From assembly GCA_032153875.1 (NCBI GenBank), contig JALDYP010000004.1, forward strand, positions 2,775 to 66,774: a stretch of 64,000 bases of DNA, given 5' to 3'. Each line of letters starts with the position of its first letter. Position 1 is the stretch's first letter. Source of the DNA: Methylophilus sp. GTDB taxonomy: Bacteria; Pseudomonadota; Gammaproteobacteria; Burkholderiales; Methylophilaceae. The notes beneath the pieces were generated by a model. That model ran no database searches. It saw only the letters and a list, made by a program, of their open reading frames with translations, and was not told the origin of the DNA. The position numbers and the translations under genes were made by a program. Below are positions 1-9,187 of this stretch, piece after piece.

Positions 1-1348
1 ATTTCTGGTGCACGCCACCAAAGCCGCCATTGCTCATCACCAGTATCTGGTCGCCAGGTTGCGCCAGACGGCTGACCGCTTGCACCAGCTCGGATAAGTC
101 ATCAAACGTTTGCGCTTTGTTTTGTATGGGGGCGAGGGCCGCCGCCGCATCCCAGCCCAGGTTATTGGCATAGCAAAACACGGCATCGGCATCACGCAGG
201 CTTTCCGGCAATGCGTCTTTCATCACACCTAGTTTCATGGTGTTTGAGCGTGGTTCGAGCACCGCCAGAATGCGGGCACTACCTGCTTTGGCACGCAAGC
301 CTGCAACGGTGGTGGCTATCGCTGTCGGATGATGGGCAAAGTCGTCATAAACAGTGATGTTGTTGACCACACCTTTCACTTCCATGCGGCGCTTCACGTT
401 TTTAAATTCATTCAACGCTTCAATCGCAATACAGGGTGCGACACCGACATGGCGTGCAGCAGCGATCACAGCCAGCGCGTTGTTGCGGTTATGTTCACCC
501 ATCAGCGCCCAGCTGACATTACCCTGGCGCTCGCCGTTAAAAAACACATCAAAGCGGCCTTGTGCATCGACATTACCTACTTGCCAGCCGGCGGCGCTGT
601 CTATACGTTCTACTCCACTCCAGCAACCACGTGCCAATACACGGTCCAGGCTTTCCTGCTGGTTCGCTACCACCAGGCCTTGTTGCGGCACGGTGCGCAC
701 CAGGTGGTGAAACTGCTTTTCAATCGCTGGCAGGTCTTCAAAAATATCTGCATGATCAAACTCAAGGTTATTCAGCACCGCAGTGCGTGGGCGGTAATGC
801 ACAAACTTTGAACGTTTGTCGAAAAAGGCCGTGTCGTACTCGTCTGCCTCAATCACAAAGAAAGGCGAGACAGATTTCGGGTCCTGCCTGGGTGTTTGCG
901 GCAAGCGGGCAGACACACCAAAGTTTTCAGGTACACCGCCAATCAGGAAACCCGGCGCCAGACCGGCATATTCAAGTACCCAGGCCAGCATGGATGAAGT
1001 CGTGGTTTTGCCGTGCGTACCGGCAACTGCCAATACCCATTTACCTTGCAGCACATGTTCCGCCAGCCATTGCGGGCCGGAAATATATGGCAGGCCCTGA
1101 TTGAGGATTTCTTCCATCAACGGATTGCCGCGGGCGACCACATTACCGATCACATACATATCGGGTTTGAATGCAGTCTGGCTTGGGTCAAAGCCTTCGA
1201 TCAGCTCAATCCCCTGTGCTTCCAGCTGGGTACTCATAGGTGGGTAAACATTCGCATCACATCCGGTGACACGGTGCCCGGCAGCTTTTGCCAGCACAGC
1301 GATGCCGCCCATAAACGTACCGCAAATACCGAGGATGTGAATATGCAT
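1..1348 (-). CDS. mpl: Murein peptide ligase Mpl (3' end runs off the window)
   Basis: Not in the ORF track. Manual minus-strand translation starts MHIHILGICGTFMGG at 1348 and reaches GDQILVMSNGGFGGVHQK at the window edge. Confidence 0.93.
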   Translation of the reverse strand, partial: MHIHILGICGTFMGGIAVLAKAAGHRVTGCDANVYPPMSTQLEAQGIELIEGFDPSQTAFKPDMYVIGNVVARGNPLMEEILNQGLPYISGPQWLAEHVLQGKWVLAVAGTHGKTTTSSMLAWVLEYAGLAPGFLIGGVPENFGVSARLPQTPRQDPKSVSPFFVIEADEYDTAFFDKRSKFVHYRPRTAVLNNLEFDHADIFEDLPAIEKQFHHLVRTVPQQGLVVANQQESLDRVLARGCWSGVERIDSAAGWQVGNVDAQGRFDVFFNGERQGNVSWALMGEHNRNNALAVIAAARHVGVAPCIAIEALNEFKNVKRRMEVKGVVNNITVYDDFAHHPTAIATTVAGLRAKAGSARILAVLEPRSNTMKLGVMKDALPESLRDADAVFCYANNLGWDAAAALAPIQNKAQTFDDLSELVQAVSRLAQPGDQILVMSNGGFGGVHQK

Positions 1349-1474
1349 AGAATTTACCGAATCAATTTAACGAATGCATTTTACCAAACAAGCCTTAATT
1401 CCAAACAAGCTTTAATTGAAGCGCTGCTAAAACGATAGCGGACATGCCTGAGGCAAAAGCGGGTGCGGAAAAAC

Positions 1475-2101
1475 TCAATTTTTCGCAAATAAGGGCAGGT
1501 ATTGGCGACAGCGCGCTGAAATATCACTGGCCTGGAAAATATCTGTAATCACAGCCAGCGCATCTGCACCGGCAGCTATCAGTGGCGGCGCGTTATCCAG
1601 CGTAATTCCACCTATGCCAACCACAGGTACTGAGAGCGATTGCTTTGCCTTGTAAAATAAATCAAGTGTTGCGCGTAGCGCCTCAGGCTTGGTGGATGAA
1701 GGGTAGCAGGCACCAAATGCGATGTAATCTGCCCCTGCGGCTTGCGCCTGTTCGGCCAACGCAAATCTGTTGTAACAGGAAGCGCCTAGGATTTTGCCTG
1801 CGCCGAGCACCGCCCTTGCTTCCGCGATTGCCCCATCATGCTGGCCAATATGCACGCCGTCTGCATCAAGACTGTTTGCCAATGCCACATGATCATTGAC
1901 CAGAAAGGGAACATCGGCCTGGCGGCAAATGCTCAACAGCGCGCTTGCCTGCTCTGACCGTAATGCATCACTGGCAGTTTTGTGACGGTACTGGACGATA
2001 GCGACGCCGCCGTCTAACGCCTGTTTGACCTGCTTACACAATAATTCTGTATCGTCACAGTCTGGCGTGACCAGGTACAGCCCGTTAATGCTGGAGCTCA
2101 C
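1475..2101 (-). CDS. thiE: Thiamine-phosphate synthase
   Basis: GLYLVT, VQYRHK, LVNDH, DGVHIGQ, ADYIAFG and GIGGI motifs. Likely GTG start at 2101 overlapping thiD. Confidence 0.92.
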   Translation of the reverse strand: MSSSINGLYLVTPDCDDTELLCKQVKQALDGGVAIVQYRHKTASDALRSEQASALLSICRQADVPFLVNDHVALANSLDADGVHIGQHDGAIAEARAVLGAGKILGASCYNRFALAEQAQAAGADYIAFGACYPSSTKPEALRATLDLFYKAKQSLSVPVVGIGGITLDNAPPLIAAGADALAVITDIFQASDISARCRQYLPLFAKN

Positions 2102-2945
2102 TGGCTTTTTCCTGTTCCTCGGTTTCGCGTGCCCAGAAGAACCGGTCAGGGATAAATTGGCCCATGCCAGGACGGAAAGAGTGGCGCAAGGTTTGCCAGG
2201 TGAATTCCTGCGCTTCATGCACAGCCTCTTCTATGCTCAGGCCATGTGCCAGACACGCGGTAATCGCACTGGTCAGCGTACAGCCGGAACCATGATAGCT
2301 GCCTGGCAAACGTTCCCAGTGATAATCCTTGATCAGGCCGGGCATATTGCTTAACTGCATGCCATACAGGCTGTTGACCACATCAATTGAGCGCTCATGG
2401 GTGCCGGTGATCATCACATATTCGGTACCCATCTCGAGCAGACGCAATGCGCATTCTTCCAGCGAACTATGCTTAACTTCATCGCCTTCGTCGTAATAGG
2501 CGAGCCGGCGTGCTTCCAAGCTATTTGGTGTAATCAAGGTTGCCTGCGGGAACAGCAATTCACACATCGCCGCCTGCATTTCCTCATTAGACAGCTCATC
2601 GCCGCGCCCAGAAGTGAGGATAGGGTCAATGATTAAGGGCACATCAGGATAATCGGCCACGATCTCGGCGATGATAGCGACATTCTCTACGCTGCCGAGC
2701 AAGCCCAGCTTGAATGCGCTGACGGAAACATCTTCAAGAATAGTACGTGCCTGGTCATTGATCCAGTCCGCATCCAGCGGCATGACGCTTTCTACGCCGA
2801 CGGTGTCCTGCACCGTGATACCGGTGATGACTGACAGCGGATAGCAGCCAATACTGGCAAGCGCCATAATATCTGCTTGCACACCGGCACCACTGCTAGG
2901 GTCTGTTGCTGCGAATGTAAGAACGGTTGGGGGAGTGTTAGCCAT
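2085..2945 (-). CDS. thiD: Hydroxymethylpyrimidine/phosphomethylpyrimidine kinase
   Basis: DPSSGAGVQAD, LITPN and HGSGCT motifs; adjacent to thiE. Confidence 0.88.
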   Translation of the reverse strand: MANTPPTVLTFAATDPSSGAGVQADIMALASIGCYPLSVITGITVQDTVGVESVMPLDADWINDQARTILEDVSVSAFKLGLLGSVENVAIIAEIVADYPDVPLIIDPILTSGRGDELSNEEMQAAMCELLFPQATLITPNSLEARRLAYYDEGDEVKHSSLEECALRLLEMGTEYVMITGTHERSIDVVNSLYGMQLSNMPGLIKDYHWERLPGSYHGSGCTLTSAITACLAHGLSIEEAVHEAQEFTWQTLRHSFRPGMGQFIPDRFFWARETEEQEKASELQH

Positions 2946-2956
2946 GAAAATTCCTT

Positions 2957-3030
2957 TGGAGCGGCTGACGGGAATCGAACCCGCGTATCAAGCTTGGGAA
3001 GCTGGCGTTCTACCATTGAACTACAGCCGC
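2957..3030 (-). tRNA. tRNA-Gly(CCC)
   Basis: Reverse complement GCGGCTGTAGTTCAATGGTAGAACGCCAGCTTCCCAAGCTTGATACGCGGGTTCGATTCCCGTCAGCCGCTCCA: cloverleaf, GTTCGA T-loop, CCC anticodon, CCA end. Confidence 0.97.
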
Positions 3031-3102
3031 GAATAGCCATTATTTTACTTGTATTTTACTTGCTTGGCTAAACGCCAAAAACAAAATGTCATCCTCAGAA
3101 AG

Positions 3103-3128
3103 AAAAAGCCGGACAGTTGTCCGGCTTT
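3103..3128 (-). terminator. Rho-independent terminator of the TpsA gene
   Basis: AAAAAGCCGGACA-GT-TGTCCGGCTTT hairpin with a U-tract on the minus strand. Confidence 0.8.
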
Positions 3129-3157
3129 CACTGAGTACACTAACTAAACAAACTGAA

Positions 3158-6100
3158 TTAAATACAATTCGAGCTTACGCCATCTGGCAGTTTCACGCCT
3201 GAATTCAGGATAGGCGTACTGCCCAGGCTGTCTTCATTGGTTGGACATGCGATTGCATCCATATCTTCTTCATCACCCGCCGCTGGGTTCAGGGAAACGA
3301 TAAACATCGTATTTAATATCGGGTTATTCGGAATCAAGCCGCCCAAACCTGCATCATCACGTGGAGATGCAAAACCCAGTGCCGGCGGTGTTGCGCCTCC
3401 GGTATCTGTGATGCTGCCAGTTGCAGTAGAAGTTTCGACAAACTGATAGCCATACACTTGCTTACCTTCGGCAGTCACGATGACACCAGGAGCATTCAGG
3501 TCGTAGCTTCCTGCAATCGGTTTGTTAGTACCGACTGATGGATTATCAAAGGTTGCCCCTGTGATTGGCGTGGCTGCACCGGCTTGATCACCATTAAAGA
3601 AACCAGACAGGTTTACATTGAGGCCGGATAAATCAGTCACAGTGTTGTTACCGTCAAATGGTTTGGTGCTGGTACCGGACAAGTTCGCATTCACAGTAGG
3701 TGCGACTTTGTAGATGAATCCATCGTTAGCACCCAGGATGGTGTCACCAAAGCTGGCATTGTATTGCGTGAAGTCATAAGACGCTGTCAATGCAGCACCA
3801 CGCGTGTCCGCCGCTGGACTAGTGGAATACACCAGCCATCTGCCACCGGCACCAGTGGTAATCGAACCATTAGCGGCGTTGTTGAAATTACGTTCTGCTA
3901 CCAGTTGTACGGCAGTCGCAGACCCACTTGTAGTGACGATATTGCCATTCAGGGTCAAGTCCCTGGCTGCACGCACCAGCAAGTCACCTGTCATATCTGC
4001 AGATTCGAGGGTGATATCGTCAACATCACGCACGCTGACATTACGCCCGTTCACCACCTGGATGGAAGCGAACTGGTTAGATGCATTATTGGCAGTAAAG
4101 TCACCAGTACCGGTTTTCACAATCACTGCATTGCCAGCCGCGTTTACCACATCATTCAAAGTCACGTTGCCACCAGCAGTGGTTTCGAACGTAGTAGCAG
4201 TATGCAGGTTCACCCTGTCGTTGTAGGTCTGGTTACCGGTCGTTTTCATGGTAGAACCAAAGATTTCTGTAGTACCGCCGGCATCAGTCGTCAAACTTGC
4301 CAGCTCTTTGCTTGTACCTACGGATTGTGTGAAATTCGTAGTGCCATTCGTGTTCACAGTCAGCGCACGATTACCTGCCGCTACAGAATCTACAGTGCCG
4401 TTAAAGTTCACATTGCCACCAGTGACGCCACGGCTGTCGATCACTGCATTTGTCGCAACCAGCGCATTGCCGTTGATATCCACCGTGCCGCCATTGCCGG
4501 ATGCGCCTGACCCGCCAGCCGTACCACCACGGGTATCGATGGATTGCAGGGTGACCGTGCCACCAATAGAAGTCAGATTTACGCTGCCGCCATCACCTGC
4601 ATTGCCGGTGCCGTTTGAAGCTGCACCACCAGCAGTGATATCGCCGACTATGACACTACCATTGTTAGCGATAGCGACTACCTGGCCGCCGTCACCACCG
4701 GTGCCGTTCGCACTGGTTGGCGCGGATCCTGCGGTATTGATATTACCAACGGCCACATTCTGTCCGGTTATCAGCGCTGCACCGCCATTGATGCCATCGC
4801 TATTTGCGGGTGTTGAGCCGGAGGTATCGATCTGTGTGGTACCCAGATTGGCATTGCCATTGGCAATCACAACAACGTTACCGGTCAAATTGACATCTGT
4901 ACCCGCACCGGTTTTACCCATACCGTTAGTGTTCAGGCTACCGTTATTCATAGTGACATTATTATTGGCACCAATCAGGATATTGCCTGAAATAGCCACA
5001 TTAGAACCGCTGATTGGCACGGTTTGGCTAGTTGTCGATTCACCAGCCACATTGATTTTAGTATCTTGCAAATCAATATTTCCTTGTGAAATCACCGCCA
5101 CATTCCCGCCTTGCCCACCAGTGTAGGTCACACCAGTGGAAGCTGGATTAGCGGTATTGATTTCACCTGACATGGTAAGATCCTTGCTGGCTAGCAGCAG
5201 CACATTGCCGCCAGTAGCTTGCGTTGCGCCACCACTTTGGTCATAAGTGTTGATTTTCATGTCGCCCAGATCAACATTCCCGTTCGAGCCTATCATGACC
5301 ATGCCGCCATTGGTGGTGACGTCGCTACCTGTAGTTTGTGTGATATTTGCACCCGCCAGTGATACCACGCCCTTATCGGTCACAATATCGGCGTTCAGGT
5401 TCAGGTTGCCGGTATTATTACTATCGGAATCTGCTGTGATCGCTACAAAGCCTGCACCATCGGCAATGATGTTGGCGTTGAGATTGACATCGTTTTTAGC
5501 CAGCAGGGTTAAACTGACATCCGTATTACCTGTTGCCGTTTTAAGGTTGAACTCTGAATTCACATTGATGTTTTTATTCGCCTGCAACACGATGTTGGCA
5601 TTGTTACCAACCCCAGTGAAGCTGCCACCTGCGCCCACATTGAATACGCTGTCCTGGCCGAAATTATCAGTATAGGCTTGCTGGTTATCCACGCCTGGCT
5701 GGAAGCCGGAAGTATTGGATGCCGGGCCGTTGATCAGCGTGATATTTTCAGGGTCTAGTAACAGAGTACCCCTGTCACCATTCACAGCTGAAAGATTGAC
5801 GCGTCCTGCGAAATCGAGATAGTTCTTGCCGGAGACTTCTGTGAAACCGCCGTTTCCACCCAGCATTCCGCCTTGCGCAGAGATTGATCCGTAGAAACGG
5901 GTGGCATGATTAGCCCACACAATCACCTTTCCCCCATCGCCTTGCTTGATTGCATCAGCCTTGATAGTCGCGCCACTGGCAATGTAAGTTGTTCTTGCGT
6001 TATAAACTGCAGCATCGCCACCTTGGTAACCACCGCCAACCAGTACCTTGCCGCCGCCTGTATCACCGGATGCATCGAGCAACGCGCCATTCATCAATGC

Positions 6101-7156
6101 CACCTGTTCGCCGGTCACCTGAATCGTACCGCCGGTAGTATTTTCACCTTTGGCAAGCAATTTACCGGAAACTTCTACTTTGGAGTTATCGCCACCTTCA
6201 AGGCGGATCATCCCGTCTTTTTCGACCAGCTGATTGGCTTCAATAATTCCGGTTACATTGATGGCTGCGGTCCGCGCATTCGATGCAAGTTGCACCAGAC
6301 CACCATTAGCTTGGATCAAGCCACTATTCTTCACCAGCGCTTCAACAGCCTGTCCCGTCAAATTGGCTCTCACCAGGCCATTGCCATAAAAATCCAGTAC
6401 GGCTTCTTTTGCGGCTGCCATGACAACACTGCCCTTGTTAGCTACCAAAGTCCCTCTATTCTCGACTTTTTTACCTAGCATCACGATATAGCCCTCATCC
6501 TGGGCTTTAATATGTCCTTTATTGACTACGCTGCCAGCTAAATCTCCACCTGTAAATTGGTAGCGGCCTTGCAGAAAAGCCTCATTCGAAATATTCAGGG
6601 TAGAAGCAATGATGTTACCTACGTTTACTTCAGCACCTTTGCCAAACAGGATGCCGTTCTGGTTTACCAAAACCAGAGTACCATTCGAGTTTAGTGTTCC
6701 CATGATCTCGGAACGGCTGTTACCGATCACCCGGTATAGCGCACGCCCTGCATCTGGCATCACCACATCCAGCTGGTGACCCTTCATCACGCCAAATTTG
6801 TAAAAATCAACAATGTTGACGTTGGCAGTATGGGTATATTGAGTATGTGTGGAACTGATATCCTTAACGGTAAGGTCACCTGCCACGACACCTGCAACCA
6901 CATTAGTATCGGCAAAAGATGAAAAGGGCATCAAGGCCACAGCGAATGCACTTGCAATCACTACCCGCCATTTCGACCCTGAAGTAAAAGATATTTCCTT
7001 CAGCGCGCGACGATTACCGGACTCTTTGGAATCATTCACTTGACCATTCAATGAAGATTTACCACTGGTGCGTGTGCCTTCGGCAACGGCGACCCATGCC
7101 TCCTGAACCTTGCTCCAGATCAAACGATAAACGTGGTTTAGGGATGCTGCTTTCAT
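3158..7156 (-). CDS. Filamentous-haemagglutinin-family TpsA adhesin (CdrA-like)
   Basis: ESPR signal (LNHVYRLIWS..WVAVAE), TPS domain (LVNQNGILFG), GTLLLDPEN motif, G/N/T-rich beta-helix and a YDG-like repeat. ATG at 7156 has a GAGGAG SD. Confidence 0.9.
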   Translation of the reverse strand: MKAASLNHVYRLIWSKVQEAWVAVAEGTRTSGKSSLNGQVNDSKESGNRRALKEISFTSGSKWRVVIASAFAVALMPFSSFADTNVVAGVVAGDLTVKDISSTHTQYTHTANVNIVDFYKFGVMKGHQLDVVMPDAGRALYRVIGNSRSEIMGTLNSNGTLVLVNQNGILFGKGAEVNVGNIIASTLNISNEAFLQGRYQFTGGDLAGSVVNKGHIKAQDEGYIVMLGKKVENRGTLVANKGSVVMAAAKEAVLDFYGNGLVRANLTGQAVEALVKNSGLIQANGGLVQLASNARTAAINVTGIIEANQLVEKDGMIRLEGGDNSKVEVSGKLLAKGENTTGGTIQVTGEQVALMNGALLDASGDTGGGKVLVGGGYQGGDAAVYNARTTYIASGATIKADAIKQGDGGKVIVWANHATRFYGSISAQGGMLGGNGGFTEVSGKNYLDFAGRVNLSAVNGDRGTLLLDPENITLINGPASNTSGFQPGVDNQQAYTDNFGQDSVFNVGAGGSFTGVGNNANIVLQANKNINVNSEFNLKTATGNTDVSLTLLAKNDVNLNANIIADGAGFVAITADSDSNNTGNLNLNADIVTDKGVVSLAGANITQTTGSDVTTNGGMVMIGSNGNVDLGDMKINTYDQSGGATQATGGNVLLLASKDLTMSGEINTANPASTGVTYTGGQGGNVAVISQGNIDLQDTKINVAGESTTSQTVPISGSNVAISGNILIGANNNVTMNNGSLNTNGMGKTGAGTDVNLTGNVVVIANGNANLGTTQIDTSGSTPANSDGINGGAALITGQNVAVGNINTAGSAPTSANGTGGDGGQVVAIANNGSVIVGDITAGGAASNGTGNAGDGGSVNLTSIGGTVTLQSIDTRGGTAGGSGASGNGGTVDINGNALVATNAVIDSRGVTGGNVNFNGTVDSVAAGNRALTVNTNGTTNFTQSVGTSKELASLTTDAGGTTEIFGSTMKTTGNQTYNDRVNLHTATTFETTAGGNVTLNDVVNAAGNAVIVKTGTGDFTANNASNQFASIQVVNGRNVSVRDVDDITLESADMTGDLLVRAARDLTLNGNIVTTSGSATAVQLVAERNFNNAANGSITTGAGGRWLVYSTSPAADTRGAALTASYDFTQYNASFGDTILGANDGFIYKVAPTVNANLSGTSTKPFDGNNTVTDLSGLNVNLSGFFNGDQAGAATPITGATFDNPSVGTNKPIAGSYDLNAPGVIVTAEGKQVYGYQFVETSTATGSITDTGGATPPALGFASPRDDAGLGGLIPNNPILNTMFIVSLNPAAGDEEDMDAIACPTNEDSLGSTPILNSGVKLPDGVSSNCI

Positions 7157-7339
7157 GACATTCTCCTCAAAGGCTCTCCACTGGTCCTCCAGGACCAGTG
7201 GTCTTCCATAACTTCTACTCATTCCTGATAGTCAATAGTTTGCTTCAGGATGTTTTTTTTGTCTGTAGCCCAGTATGACTAACGGGCGACTATTTGTTTA
7301 TTTGATGCTTTAAAACTTTAGGATTAACTTCGCAAAAAA

Positions 7340-9055
7340 CTAGAAGTTTTTGCGCAACTGCGCCCATAGCTGGTATTCAGTGTTGCTTTCAGTTCCATCC
7401 AGGTCACGTTTTTGCTGTGAGTACGTAGTGGTCAAAATCCATTGAGCAGGAAACTGAATATCTGTACCTACACCCACATGATTCGATCTGACATGATTAT
7501 CACTGGTTAATGGATCATGGTTTAACTTGCCGCGTCCGGCATCATAAAATACGAATGGCGTAACCGATTGAATATAAGGTGTTACATCCGCTGCAGATGA
7601 TACGAATGTTCTACGTATATCGGTCCCTACCATCCAGCCCTGGTCAGCCTGACTTGGAATTTCTGAATACTGCCTCCATCGATTTATTGCACCAATGCCG
7701 AATCTTTCAGCAATATCCAGGTTACTGTTAGTACCTTGATAATCGGCACGCACAATCCAGTTAATGCCATTCTCGAATACCTGCGTGCGGCTTGAGGTCC
7801 AGTTCCATTTGGTGAAACTGCCCTGTGTATCCAGGAAATCACTATCCCTTGCCTTGGCAGCGCCTTCCTTGAAGGACACATTACCTTGTGTCAGCATCAT
7901 GCTCCACTGGTAAACGACATTGCCGCCATCATTGATCCAGTCGCCCACTAAGCCCAGTTCAATACTGGCAATATCACGACGGTTGCTTTGATTGGCCGCA
8001 TCGATATCATCATCCAGGATCTTGTAATTGCTGGCAGCTTTGAATGCAATCCCTTTCTTGGTTTCACGCATTAAAGGATGCTCAAGAGAGCCATAGAAAT
8101 AATGCGCATCGCCGTGAGCATCAAATGTCTTGAATTCTTTGCCCAGCTTGTAATCAACATAGCTGTACGCTACGTTCAATATTGTCCCTGCATCACCTAC
8201 AGGAGTGAAGTACAGACTACTCAGCGAGCGCTGCCCTTCATCGTTAGAAACCTTACCAACCATCGCCAGCTGGTCACCACGACCTCTAAGGTTGTTCACT
8301 GCCAGGCCAAAGCCCAGGGTTTCACGATTGGTGAAGCGGTTGCCATAATTATTGGCGCTGACAAAGCCGCTGTATGTGACACGTGGTTCGACTGAAACAG
8401 CGACATCAGAACTACCTACAGCTTCACCCGGGTTAAGCTGCGAGGTGACCTGGATGCCAGGCAGGCCATTCATCACCATCAGGTTACGCACCAGGTTGCG
8501 CTCATTCAGTACGTCACCTTTTTCCAGGCCGTATTCTGAAAGTGACTGGAAATACTCCTGATCCAGGCCTTTTCCTGTTTCTGCTTTCACCTCACCCAGA
8601 GTGCCTTCAAGGATGGAAAGCTCAACTACAGCATCCGCATCGGTAGATTTCTGCAAGTCCTGGGTTGGCAGATACACTTGCGTCAGCATGTAACCCCGCT
8701 GGCGGTAATAATTACGGATGGTACCCACTGCTTCGTTCAGCTCGCGCATACCGATTTCGTGACCGGTCAGGTAGGCGACCTGTGCAGCCAATTCTTCACT
8801 GGAGAATTGTTTGTTGCCGGAAAACTTGAACTCTTTGACGACGATCTTGAGGCTGGATTTCTTTTGTTTCTTCTCTTGCGCAGGGGTTTCTTCAGGCACC
8901 TGGATAATCGGTGCTGGTTGGGGAAAGACAGGCCTTGGCAGGTTCTGTTGTATATTTTGTATGTCAGGCAGTTGTACACCACCGGCGAACGCTTGCACTG
9001 AGTAGCCTACAGCCAATAAATTGAATACACTCCACCGGGTTATTTGTTTTTTCAA
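7340..9055 (-). CDS. ShlB/FhaC/HecB-family TpsB outer-membrane transporter
   Basis: POTRA signatures (FSGN..FS, YYRQRGY, LPGI, NNYGNRFT), C-terminal Phe, lies upstream of TpsA. Confidence 0.9.
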   Translation of the reverse strand: MKKQITRWSVFNLLAVGYSVQAFAGGVQLPDIQNIQQNLPRPVFPQPAPIIQVPEETPAQEKKQKKSSLKIVVKEFKFSGNKQFSSEELAAQVAYLTGHEIGMRELNEAVGTIRNYYRQRGYMLTQVYLPTQDLQKSTDADAVVELSILEGTLGEVKAETGKGLDQEYFQSLSEYGLEKGDVLNERNLVRNLMVMNGLPGIQVTSQLNPGEAVGSSDVAVSVEPRVTYSGFVSANNYGNRFTNRETLGFGLAVNNLRGRGDQLAMVGKVSNDEGQRSLSSLYFTPVGDAGTILNVAYSYVDYKLGKEFKTFDAHGDAHYFYGSLEHPLMRETKKGIAFKAASNYKILDDDIDAANQSNRRDIASIELGLVGDWINDGGNVVYQWSMMLTQGNVSFKEGAAKARDSDFLDTQGSFTKWNWTSSRTQVFENGINWIVRADYQGTNSNLDIAERFGIGAINRWRQYSEIPSQADQGWMVGTDIRRTFVSSAADVTPYIQSVTPFVFYDAGRGKLNHDPLTSDNHVRSNHVGVGTDIQFPAQWILTTTYSQQKRDLDGTESNTEYQLWAQLRKNF

Positions 9056-9187
9056 AATTATTCCTTCTTACACCCAAAATCTAAGTTCTTAATGATATTA
9101 AAGACAATGCGCGTCAAGCATATTGACTACAATATTTTACAATCTTTAAGCTTAGAAGGATTTAATTGTTGTAAAAACCAAGCAAAA

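Noticed and set aside
329-1438. Several plus-strand ORFs in the track
   Set aside because: They are shadows of minus-strand mpl, which the track missed because its stop lies outside the window.
3764-6478. Long plus-strand ORFs antisense to the adhesin
   Set aside because: Expected by-product of biased G/N/T/V codon use; no motifs.
2957-9055. TPS locus as an island integrated at tRNA-Gly
   Set aside because: No integrase and no duplicated tRNA 3' end seen; the locus lies on the 5' side of the tRNA.
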